A DNA stretch of 64,000 nt from NCBI GenBank assembly GCA_964019335.1, contig OZ025693.1, forward strand, positions 186,001-250,000. The letters run 5' to 3'. The position numbers and the translations under genes were made by a program. The DNA is from Diplonema japonicum (taxonomy: Eukaryota > Protista > Euglenozoa: Diplonemea). This document shows positions 36,401 through 46,823 of the stretch, piece after piece; the stretch's first letter is position 1, and every line of letters begins with the position of its first letter. Under the pieces are notes generated by a model. It ran no database searches, had not been told where the DNA came from, and saw only the letters and a program-made list of their open reading frames with translations.

Positions 36401-39400
36401 GTGTCGAGAAGGTCTTGCGGGAGGTATTTCTCTACGTTGAAGGGGTTCGCTCCGTTTTTCAGGCCTTCGACGATGTTTATTGCTGGGTCGAGCATTTCCT
36501 TGTACTTTTCAAGGTCTTGGACCCGTGAGATCACCGTTTTGCCGATTTTTGTTTTCTCGGCCTCTGCTTTGATCTTCTCGACGGCGCCACCGAACTCGTC
36601 GTCTACGCGTTGCATGAGGCGTTTCAGCTGTGCGGCCTCAGGCCCTGTAGGGTCCTTGAGGGCATTGGTGATGGCATCTGCATTGAAACCATTCACACCT
36701 AGCGTCTCCATTTTCTTGACCAGCTCTGGCTGTTCCCCACGCAGTAAGGAGTCTTTGATGGCCGCACGATCATCAGCTTGCTTTTCCGCTTCTTTTGCTG
36801 CCTCTGCTACCGCGATCTTCAGTTGCTGTTTGAACTCGGAGATCTCCTCTGTTATCTTGTCCTCGCACCCCGCCACCATCTCGTCCATCGTCGCTGCCTT
36901 TGCCCCGTCGGACCCCCGTGCAGACCACCATGCTTCCAGACTCTCAAGTTCATGCATAACAGCAGTGTATTTGTTATGCAACCATTCTGTTTTGGTATAA
37001 TCTAAGTACCTGGTCAGAGCGTTGCCCAGGGATGTGGTAAGAGCGACCCATGCTCCTATGTTGTAGGCCCTCAGCTGTTCAAAGGTGGCCAGAGCTGCCA
37101 ACGCAGTGCCCAAGGCACCCAGGGCGTAGATGGTGAGCGTGATACCGGTCTTGTATTTGTCGTACCGAGCAGCATCTTTATTGTAGGCTGCCACTTTGGG
37201 CGCCAGGCGCATTTTTACGTACTCTGCGATGGTCAGCTCCGAGTAGCCATCGTCCCCGTACTTCGTGATTTCAACAGGAGGCACGGAACCTTTGTACTTA
37301 GGGATGGAGTTCTCGCTCATCTCGCTCTGTACCAGCTCTTGTGTAAACGCCGTCAGCTTGATGTGCAGAAGCTCCGATCTTGTGCCGTACTGCGGCACGT
37401 CGCCGTTCGCCTCATCCTTTTCCGACAGATTCATCTCTTTCCGTTCCTTCGAGCGTTTAGCCGCCAACCGCTTCTCCGACGCCTTCTTGATCTCCTGGTC
37501 GGAGTACATCCCGGAGCGCGTTCTGTACATGTAAATCTCAGAAAGCAAACCCTCTGCGGCTGACTTCAAACTCACCCACTTGGCGCCAGCGTTGATCTTG
37601 TTCGTGATGGACTGCATGAGGGAGACTGCGATGGGGAGCACGACCACAACGATAGAGAGTGCCGCGTACAACTGCGAGACCACGCTGGTGTCGCCCCCCG
37701 CCCACTTGCGGGAGCCGGACTTGTTCTTGCCGTCGGTCTCGTCTTGCCAGGTCAGCTGGAGAAAGGTCTGTAGAATTGAAATAGCAGTAGCAAGACTCCC
37801 AAGCACCAGGATCCACATCATCATATTGCGGTATCGCCGTTCATTGGCGCGGGCTAGCTGGCTCCAAGCTGCGTAGCTCTCCCAGGCGCGGTTCAGGATC
37901 TCATCGCCGCTGATGGCCTGCTGGATGAGCCGTGTGAAGGTCTCAGGGACCAGCCCCTTCCGGACGAGTTTCCACTCACCTTCGTAGATAATCTGCGCAG
38001 TAGAGCTGTCGACGTTCGAGAGGTACGACTGGTAGTCGTCCTTCGACGCTGTCCCGCCTGACCTTTCTTCAATCTTTCTGATGAGCGACGCGAGCTCGTC
38101 AGCATACCCCCCAGAGCCCTCGATGATGAGCAGCGGCCACTTGTTCTGGACGAAAGGCAGAATGTCGAACTTCGCCGATTTCAAGTCGCCGCCGATGAGA
38201 ATACCCACCACGCGTGCGCCTTCTCTTTTAGGGTGTGCTGTTCCCCGCCCACCTTCACTGGCTGCCTCAAGAATCCGGAGTACCGTGGTTGAGATGTCCT
38301 TCGCGGTGCATTCACAGCCATCAGTGGCCTCCATGGTAGGAACCCCACCATCAGTAGCAATCATGCGTTGTTGCTTATGCAAGAGGATGTGGTGGCTGAA
38401 CCATTTGGTGACCTCTCTGCCGTTGGTGCGCATGAAGGTTTCGACACTGCCCTCCTCGAATCGCTGGATGTTGATTACGGGGACCCTTCCGGTGGCGATG
38501 GGGATGTAGTGGTCAGGGTCATTGAGATCGCGGACTTCGCCTGCAGCCTGCGTACCTTTAGCAAGGGCGGACTTGATGTCCCCTGTGTCGGTGTTGATGA
38601 TGACAGCTCCTTTGGTTTTGGCAGCTGTGACAATCGACCGTGTGATGTACTGCTTGATGAACTTAGCAAGGTCGCCGATGGTGAGAAGTGATCCGTCCTC
38701 ATCGCCGGCGTCGATGATGTTCTGCAAGTTGTCTTCTTCATCAGCACCCGCTATGTCTGCCAGTCCGTGCTTGTCCAGCTGGCGCTGCTTTTTCCGTTTT
38801 TCGTCTTGCAAGGACGTTACTTTTTCCTCTTGGGCGAGCTTTTCAAACCGCGCGTTTGTTTTCAACTCGTGTTCTTCCTCGCTGCTGGAGTCCTCTAGGA
38901 GGGGTTTCGTAGCCTTCCCATCTTCCTTCTCTTTCTTCTCCCGGTTGTGGCGATGCTTTAAAAACGTGTGGAGCCTTCCATCCATGTCGACTTGGTCACC
39001 TATGAGCTTCCCTCGTTTTTTCGAGGTAGCGTCTTTGTGCAGCATTCTCTTGAAATCCACACGGCCGATGATGCGGATGACACCACAGGGGCCTTTGTCG
39101 GATCGGTCGAAGAGGAACTCGCCTGTGCACGGTTTGCCTTTAAGTGATACTGGATCAGAGGTTATGTAGGAGCACCATGGTGTGTCGGTCAGGCGATGGT
39201 CATAGTATACTACCTCTTTCTTCCAAAGTCCTGTTTTCACGGTTCCGGTCTGCTGGATGAAGCCAAGTTTTCGAAGGATGTCCTCACCTCCCTCGAAGGT
39301 GCTCACCTCCAGGCACTCCCCAAGTTTCATGGAACCTGTAATGTCGGCCATTTCAACAGTGACATCGCCTCTTCCTACAGGCTCGCGATACACCATCGCG

Positions 39401-39456
39401 TCCCACCCTCTCGGGGCTTCGGGGTCATCTTCCATCTTTCCCTTTGCAGGGAGCAC
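33276..39456 (-). CDS. Giant SLOG(LSDAT/TRPM-type)-SLATT-SLATT membrane protein with helical-repeat tail (~2,030 aa); 3 exons (introns 33562-33603, 33391-33448)
   Basis: AAKTKGAVIINTDTG, FSHHILL, VVGILIGG and WPLLIIEGSGGYADELA match TRPM MHR1/2. Two 2TM modules followed by KWVSLKSAAEGLLSEIYMYRTR and YVKMRL...Y, as in DUF4231/SLATT. Confidence 0.8.
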
Positions 39457-40011
39457 CCCAAGGGAAGGGATGGTGGGAGGCCTTTTTTTTTTTTTTTTCT
39501 TTTTTTTTTTTTTTTAGAAAAAAAAATTTTTTTTTTCTACGCAAATAGTTCATTGTAAAAAAAAAAAATTCGATAAAGTTTCAGTGTGCATGGGGGTGCT
39601 CACTGTCTTAAAAAAGAAAAAAGAGAGTGACCAAGTGCGAGAAAGTGTAAAAAAAAAAAGGGGGGAGGTGCTTTTTTTTTTTTTTTTTGAGAATTTGATA
39701 AGACTCGAGGTTAGCAAAAAAAAAGGGGGGCTTTTTTTCGAACCCATGTTAAGGAAGATGTTCCCCCCGCTCCCATCACTTTCTGAGCAAAAAAGCTTCG
39801 AAAGAGAGAAAAAAAAAAAAAGAAAGGTTAACAAAGAGATGAGATAAAGGAGGTTCCTGTTTGGAACGTCCCCCTTGCCTCTAACAAATATACGAGTTAA
39901 AGTGTGGTTAGACTAAAAAAAAAACAAAAAACTCGGCTTTACGTTAGTTATTTTTTGGAAAAACCCATCGAAGATAAAAAAAAATAGAGAAAAAAAAAAA
40001 GAATAAATAAA

Positions 40012-41391
40012 TCACAACATCAAGAAACAACCCACCGCCACAGCAAGACCCCCAACAGCGAGCTGCGCCGTAAAAGTACCGTCTTTCTCTTCTTTTTCTT
40101 CTTCTTCTTCTTCTTCTCCCCCTTCTTTTTCATCAAAGATCATCCCGAAAAACTTTTCGGTTTCATTATCCTCACCAATCTTATCTGCGGCCAGTTTGAC
40201 AGTGTCTAACTTATGCAGTTTTTCAAGCAAAGTTGATCCTGTTGAAAGTATTGGGTTTTTGTCGACGCTGAGAGTGTGGATGGACGAAAAAAAAGGTGTC
40301 TCGATAGCCATCTCGAGAGCCGTCTGCCCACCGGCGCTCGAAAGGGTAAGATCGAGGTCAGGATGAAAAAGCAGAAGATCATACGAAGAGCCCGGTTCGC
40401 TGTGCGATTTAATATAGCCCATCAAGGCTGTGTATCCGATCTTCGACTGTATGTTCGGGTCCGCCCCTTGACGGAGAAGGATTTCTGTACATGGGTCGTG
40501 TTGCTCTTTACAAGCGATCATCAAAGCGGTCATCCCTTGCTTGTTGACAAGGTTGAGGTTACATTGAAGTGTGTCCGAAAGGTACTGCAGGGTCTCACAT
40601 TTACCTGACGAGGCTGCTGTCATGCACAAAGACCATTTTATGGGGTTATCTTGAGTGTTGAAGTCGTAAGTAGAGCGAATGGAATCGGTGACCATTTTAA
40701 AAATTTCGATGTTGGTGCCTTCGGCTGCAAGACTGATCGCGGTCTTCCCGTTGTTGCTGTTTAAAGTCGGGTCAGCACCATGTTCAAGAAGAACCGCCAC
40801 GATTGACTGAGAGTTACGTTGGATCGCGGTCATTAAGGCGGTCCAGCCCCGCTTGGATTTAACATTAACCACGGCACCGAGTTCAATTAATTTCTCGATG
40901 AACTCAGCGGATGCTTCCATTGCAGCATGCATCAAAACTGTCATTCCGTTCGGAGACACGTGGTTAATCTCTTCTGGGAACATGTTAAACACCTCAATTT
41001 GTTCGCATTGAGCAGCAAAGCCGTATATGCTTATGTGGCAGTTCATCTCTGTCTCGGCGTTCTTGTAGAGTTCGAAGAGTGCCATGTCGCCTTTTCTCAC
41101 GGCCATCTCCCAACCCCAGCTCGTTTTTGGGGCGGTTCTGATCTCCAGCTCCTTCGTCGCCATCATTTTTCTGCTTGGTGTCACGCTTACCTCGGACCCT
41201 TGCGTCACCCCTTCGGCGGACAGAGTTTGCGACCTTTCTAAGTCGCTGCCTTCAAACCCCATTACCAACCATCCTTCGTCTAGCCCCGCAGCCGATTCTA
41301 AAAGCTCCAATACCTTACCCACTGTGTCTTGTTCTGTAATCTCCAAGGATTCGGGTAAGCTGGTTACTTTGGTGGAGAAGAATATGTCCAT
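40012..41391 (-). CDS. Ubiquitin-like + ankyrin-repeat protein with C-terminal tail anchor
   Basis: Ubl fold (DTVGKV..LSAEGVTQGSEV); about 6 ankyrin repeats (GWTALMTA, GMTALMIA); terminal hydrophobic helix. Confidence 0.85.
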   Translation of the reverse strand: MDIFFSTKVTSLPESLEITEQDTVGKVLELLESAAGLDEGWLVMGFEGSDLERSQTLSAEGVTQGSEVSVTPSRKMMATKELEIRTAPKTSWGWEMAVRKGDMALFELYKNAETEMNCHISIYGFAAQCEQIEVFNMFPEEINHVSPNGMTVLMHAAMEASAEFIEKLIELGAVVNVKSKRGWTALMTAIQRNSQSIVAVLLEHGADPTLNSNNGKTAISLAAEGTNIEIFKMVTDSIRSTYDFNTQDNPIKWSLCMTAASSGKCETLQYLSDTLQCNLNLVNKQGMTALMIACKEQHDPCTEILLRQGADPNIQSKIGYTALMGYIKSHSEPGSSYDLLLFHPDLDLTLSSAGGQTALEMAIETPFFSSIHTLSVDKNPILSTGSTLLEKLHKLDTVKLAADKIGEDNETEKFFGMIFDEKEGGEEEEEEEKEEKDGTFTAQLAVGGLAVAVGCFLML

Positions 41392-41618
41392 TTTTTTTTT
41401 TTTTTCTTTTCCCCGTCCTTTAAATCGATGCGACCTGACTTTTTTGGAAAGATTTAATACCCGAAAGACTTTAAGAATGAGAAAGAATAAAACAGAACTT
41501 AAAAAGAAAACGAACAAAACAAAAAACAAAAAAAGAGTCAGCTGCCTGTTGCTCATGCACACTGCCACGGATAACATTAAAAGAAAAAAGCCATTTTCTT
41601 TCTTTTGTCTCAAGCAAA

Positions 41619-41653
<35 letters not shown>

Positions 41654-41690
41654 CATCTTTTAAGTTGACACAAGTGTACCCCCCCTTTTC

Positions 41691-42428
41691 TTACTCCTCT
41701 TGCTCTTGGGGGAAAATGGTTTTTGTAACGGGCCCTGTGTCAAAGTCGACGAAGGGAAGGATCTGGTGAGACACGTAACGGAGGTAAGAGCTGACAGCAA
41801 AATGATGCCGGGACTTGGGCTGGACCTCCTTGGCCTGACGCGCGTGAAGTTTCTCATTATGAGTACACGCGTGGATGTGCATCATGGTCTGGGAGCCCGC
41901 TTCCTTGCATGTGGCAGGAGTGACGAGACCTCGAAGCTGAACATCCTCCAGAATCTCGTCGCAGGTGAGCTGTCTGCCCTCCTTGGTGTACCCTGTAAAG
42001 TAACAGGTAGGCACACCGAAATGCTTGTGGTACCCCACGTATAGGCAGTAGTAACGGGTTTTAGCGGAGTGGGGGTTGGTGGTGATGCACACAGCATCTT
42101 CATCAACTGCGTCCTCATCTGTTGATTCGGTATCCACTGTCGCTTGTGTGCATGCTTGTGTGGGCGTGGTTTCTTGGGTGGGCTCTTCTTCTGGTTCCTC
42201 GTCGTACCTTCTGTCACACCTTGCATTCTCGTAGACTAGGAGTTTCAGGTCTTCTTGGTACTTCCAGCCATATTCTTGCATCATCTTTGCAGCCTCTGAA
42301 AACTCTGTCTCTGACAGCAGCCCTTTACTGGCAAACGACCCCCCGCTGTGCTCACGGGTTGTCGCCGCCATCAGTGCTTCATGCACACGGTGTTTCGTCT
42401 CATCATACTTTGCTTTTACAACGTCCAT
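41691..42428 (-). CDS. ATG3: Atg3-like autophagy E2 enzyme (divergent)
   Basis: SFASKGLLSETEFSEAA, TRYYCLYVGY..FGVPTCYFTGY..EILEDV, catalytic IHACTH and YLRYVSHQILPFVDFD. Confidence 0.75.
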   Translation of the reverse strand: MDVVKAKYDETKHRVHEALMAATTREHSGGSFASKGLLSETEFSEAAKMMQEYGWKYQEDLKLLVYENARCDRRYDEEPEEEPTQETTPTQACTQATVDTESTDEDAVDEDAVCITTNPHSAKTRYYCLYVGYHKHFGVPTCYFTGYTKEGRQLTCDEILEDVQLRGLVTPATCKEAGSQTMMHIHACTHNEKLHARQAKEVQPKSRHHFAVSSYLRYVSHQILPFVDFDTGPVTKTIFPQEQEE

Positions 42429-42518
42429 GAGGGGGGGGGGGGGGGGGGGCTTTTTTGTCTTTGTATGGGTGTTAATTTTTTGGGTTCGGGAGGGGGGGGG
42501 GATATAATTATTTTTATT

Positions 42519-42791
42519 TTATTTTGCAGCATTCGTGGCTTCTATCCTTCTTGCTTTTTCTTCCACAGCCATCAGCTTGCTCTCGGTTTTCTCGATGCGT
42601 GCTGTGACACTTTTCTCAAAATTGCTGAACAAGTCTGTTAGATCCTGAATTCTGTTGAGAAGAGAGAGTTGGATGGATGGAACTTTCAAAAAAAAAAAAA
42701 AAAAATACCTATCACACAACACCTGCATTGCCTCCCTGTCGTCCCAATTTTGTGTAGCCTCTTGTTGAGTATTAGGGTCCGGTTGTTCCAT
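42519..42791 (-). CDS. BRK1: BRICK1/HSPC300 (WAVE/SCAR complex subunit); 2 exons (in-frame intron 42652-42708)
   Basis: Spliced QNWDDREAMQVLCDRIQDLTDLFSNFEKSVTARIEKTESKLMAVEEKARRIEA follows the BRK1 pattern. Confidence 0.85.
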   Translation of the reverse strand: MEQPDPNTQQEATQNWDDREAMQVLCDRYFFFFFLKVPSIQLSLLNRIQDLTDLFSNFEKSVTARIEKTESKLMAVEEKARRIEATNAAK

Positions 42792-43052
42792 TTTTTTCCC
42801 CCTCTTTTTCTTTTTTTTTTTTCCTTCTCCTTCCTTCCTTCTTTTTGTCGTTTGGCTCAGGAGTTCCAACAACTGAAGGATGAGATCAGCCGCTCAGAGT
42901 CGTGTGAAGAAGGTCAAGGCAGCAACAACCGAGCAAAAGACAGCAGAGAAGTTAGCGTCCCTAACGAAACGGCTACATATGACAACCGCAAGAACGAAGC
43001 TTCAAAGAAGGAGAAAAGAGAAAAAAGAAATAAAATAAAAAACATAAGAGTA

Positions 43053-43203
43053 TTGGCGGCGCCCTGCACAAGCAATGTCTACTTGAATACAGGGGGCGCA
43101 CCTCGGCCAGGCTTTCTCCATATTCCGCGTCGTGTGGTGTGCAGCTCAGCCCTAGCCCCAGCCCCAGGTAACCAAGAGCCTGCGCTCGTGCGGTTTGCTG
43201 CCC
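43053..43203 (+). repeat. SINE-like repeat family A, copy 2 (partial, diverged)
   Basis: GTCTACTTGAATACAGGGGGCGCACCTCGG...GGTAACCAAGAGCCTGCGCTCGTGC. Confidence 0.75.
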
Positions 43204-43313
43204 AAACAATGAATAGAAACGGGGGGGGTCTCTCTCGTTTTTTTTTCCTCTTTTTTTTTTCTTTTTTTCTATATTTAGCACCCGAAACAAAAGGGGGGAG
43301 AAAAAAAAAGAAT

Positions 43314-43654
43314 TCACTATGATAGGAAACGAAGTGGTTTAGCAACGGCCCACCAAAGAAAGAAAGGGGGAAAAAAAAAGGGAAAAGAAAAAAGAAAAAA
43401 GAAAAAAAAATAGAAACTTTTAAAGGAACTAATCAAAAAGGGAAGGGGGGGCAAAAACACCTAGATCTCAGAGTCACTGTCTCAGAGATTCCACAAAAAG
43501 ATTTTGCCAAAAAAAAAAAAGCCTGTTCTGGGAGAGGGAGGGGTGTCCTCTCCTAGGCATAACCGATACGTAACAACGCACAAACTCGTGTTTTTTTTTT
43601 CTTTTTTTCTTCCACCCTTCGTCATTTTCTTCACTCACTAGGGGCCTCATAATT

Positions 43655-43700
<46 letters not shown>

Positions 43701-44011
43701 GCCATGAACATAGAGTCCTGAAGGTCCTTTTTTTTTTTCTTTTTTTTCCTCAGCATTTTCCAACGAGTAGAAAATATGGATGTCATGGGAAGAAGAACAA
43801 AAAAGGTGGGGGGGGTTCTTTTTTGAAGGAGGAAAGACCATTAAAAAAAAGGGAGAGGGTCAAAAAATGTGATGCAAAACAACTCAAAAAAAAAAACGAA
43901 TTTTCAAGTACTTTTTTTTTAGTGCCACGATTGGTACCGGGGAGAAAGAGGAAGAAAAAAAAAAAAGATCACTATGATAGGAAACGAAGTGGTTAGCAAC
44001 GGCCCACCAAA
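43314..44011. repeat. Pair of ~44-bp direct repeats (43314-43357 and 43969-44011)
   Basis: TCACTATGATAGGAAACGAAGTGGTT(T)AGCAACGGCCCACCAAA occurs twice. Confidence 0.9.
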
Positions 44012-44079
44012 AAAAAAGAAAAGAAAAAAGCAGTGCTACTTTTTTCTTTTCCTTTTTTTTTTTTTTTTTTTTTTTTTTT

Positions 44080-45804
44080 CATAGTATCCAGGGTTAACCG
44101 ATCACCCGCGGGTTTTTAATTACAATCGGGTTTTAAATTGACGTCAAATGAAGGGCGAGCATGCAACCATGCTTAAAACCCTTATATTCGTATCCCGGGG
44201 CCCCCAGATACACAAAGCCGGCCCCAGGGAGCATCAAAACGACTTAGAAAAGGATTATTTTCTCGAAAAGCTGTTTTTTCGCTTTTTTTGACGGGTTTTT
44301 AATTAAAAGCGAAAAAACAAAAAAAATCGAAAATCAAAAATTAAAACAGGAGGAGAGCATGCAATCATGCTTAAAACCCTTCGTTTCATCCCCCGGGCCC
44401 CCCAGATACACAAAGCCGACCCCAGGGAGCATCAAAATGACATAGAAAAGGATTATTTTCCCGAAAAGCTGGTGCTTCCCTGTTTCAGGCAGGATCCTAA
44501 TTGGGAGCGAAATCAAAAGTCAATAATTAAAACGGGAGGAGAGCACGCAACCATGCATATAATAACCCTTTTATTCGTCCCCCGGGCCCCCCAGATACAC
44601 AAAGCCGACCCCAGGGAGCATCAAAACGACTTAGAAAAGGATTATTTTTCCGAAAAGCTGTTTTTTCGCTTTTTTTGGCGGTTTTTCTTCTTTTTTCTGT
44701 TTAAATAGGAGCGAAATCAAAAATCAATAATTAGAACGGGAGGAGAGCATGCAACCATACTTATAACCCTTCTATTCGTCTCCCGGACCTCCCAGGTACA
44801 CAACGCCTGCATCGAAACAACTTAGAAAAGGATTATTTTCCCGAAAATCGGCATTCTCCCTGTTTTTGGCGGGTTTTTAACTGGGCACGAAAGTCAATAA
44901 TGAAAAACATTGAAACTTGAACGGGAAGTAGCAACGCACAAAGTAAGGGGGCGCCTTGAAAAGCTCTATGGGACACACGGAAGCGTGCCCGTTGAGGCAG
45001 GATGTTCACCCACAGAGACCGGGCTTGCGTTATCGGTGTCCTCCCACCGTTCTTAGCCTTGTCAGCAGCGATCCTGCTAGCAAGTGTGCCCTTGGTGCCG
45101 TAGGAGCTTAATTTCCTCCTTTTGGCATGGGCCACCAGCTGGTCCCTGCTCTTCTCCAAGAGCTGAGTCTTGTATCGCACCTCTGAAGAAGTCACAGATT
45201 CTTCAGAAGAGGAAGAGGAACAAGTGTCGGACATTTTATCCTAAAAAAAAGTATTTGGGGTGAGTTCTTACGAAAATAATAAAAAAGTCCGAAAGCCAGT
45301 TTTTTCAAAACTGCATTTAAGGCCTTAAATAAGGCTCTATTTTGGATTTTGATGGCTGGAATGGGCTCAGATCGTAAAAATAGGGTTTTTAGAAAAAAGA
45401 ATTTTTGAGCATGGTCTTGGTATTTTTTGCCAGAAATATGGGTTTTGGATCGATCAAACCGATCATAAATCCTGTTGTTTTTAACTTGGACCTCCCTGAC
45501 CCAGGAGAATTACAGGTCTGAAAACCAGTTTTTTCAAAACTGCATTTAAGGCCTTGAATAAGGCTCTATTTTGGGTTTTAATGGCTGGAATGGGCTCAGA
45601 TCGTAAAAATAGGGTCATGGTCTTGGTATTTTTTGAAATATGGGTTTTGGATCGATCAAACCGATCCGAAATTAAAAAAAAACCGATCAAACCGATCCGA
45701 AATTAGAAAAAAACCGATCATTAACCCGACTGTGATCGAAAATCTAAAATTGCTCGGGTCGGGTTTCAAAACCCGAAGGTGATCGGTTAACCCTGGACAC
45801 TATG
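44080..45804 (-). mobile_element. Non-autonomous TIR DNA transposon (CATAG ends, P- or hAT-like) with subterminal tandem repeats and a SAP-like ORF
   Basis: CATAGTATCCAGGGTTAACCGATCACC versus GGTGATCGGTTAACCCTGGACACTATG; T8 on both flanks; four ~190-bp repeats on the left and two ~200-bp repeats on the right; ORF 44833-45234 with SRDQLVAHAKRRKLSSYGTKGTLASRI. Confidence 0.85.
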
Positions 45805-46210
45805 TTTTTTTTAATTCAAAGAAAAACGCCCCTTTGCATCACTTTTTAATGCTAATTTGACCCCCTTGGCATACTGGTGAAAACGAAATGGTTATTTCGC
45901 ATTTTTTTTCAAAAAAGCTTCAATCTATTTTTCTTTTTTTTTTTTCTTTTCTTTTTTTTATAATATAACTCTGAGTCAGATTTTCAACTGTAGGAATGAA
46001 TATAATATTTCAACTTTATTTTCATGCTAGATTTCAGGCTTGTTTTTAGAAGAAAAACAAGGTGCAGGAAATGAAAATTACTCTATGAGTGGATATATAT
46101 AAAGTACTTTATATTCACGCTAGCCCCATTTCCACAATACACGCAAGGGTTCGGGTCCCTTGTTTTGGAAACCCTTTCAAATCTGACTGACGTTAAATAA
46201 AACAATAAGG

Positions 46211-46341
46211 ATTTAGTGAAAATAGATCCGATTTTCACTTGTGGTGGCATGTTTGTTGCTCGCTTCGCTCGTGAAGTCATATATCCACTCGTTAAACCAC
46301 TGCCACCACGCGTGAAAATCACAGGATCTTATTTACTAAAT
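46211..46341. repeat. Long imperfect inverted repeat
   Basis: ATTTAGTGAAAATAGATCCGATTTTCACTTGTGGTGGCA pairs with TGCCACCACGCGTGAAAATCACAGGATCTTATTTACTAAAT. Confidence 0.8.
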
Positions 46342-46346
46342 AAGTA

Positions 46347-46382
<36 letters not shown>

Positions 46383-46823
46383 TTCTTTTTTTTTTGCAAA
46401 ACGATTCGCATTTTCGCATAGTTTCCGCATTGCGAAAATAGCCACTTTTTAGTGGTAAAAAAAAAAAAAAAAAAAAAAAAAACTTTTTTGGCAACTGCTT
46501 CCTTAGACCACATCGGAAATATTTGATACGAAAAACAATTCGCATGCCTGGGGGGGGAGGGGGTGACACCGCCAATAAACACACACCAATAAAGTAACTA
46601 AATCCAACGAAGGGAACAGACGCCTTGAGGGAAATGGAAATAAAAAAAAAACCCCCCACTCCCCCCAGAAAATTATGTTCTGTTCTCTCTTCTTCTTTTT
46701 TTTTTTTTCCTACTTGCTGCTCATATTCTTTTTTTTTTTTCTTCTTTCGCAAAAAAAAAAAGGCTACAACTGAGAGAAAAAAAAAAGAGGGGGGGGAAAA
46801 AAAAGGGGGGGGAGGAAAGGAAT

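Noticed and set aside
44150-44860. Regularly spaced repeats suggesting a CRISPR array
   Set aside because: ~190-bp tandem units without unique spacers, inside a TIR element; no cas genes; eukaryotic context.
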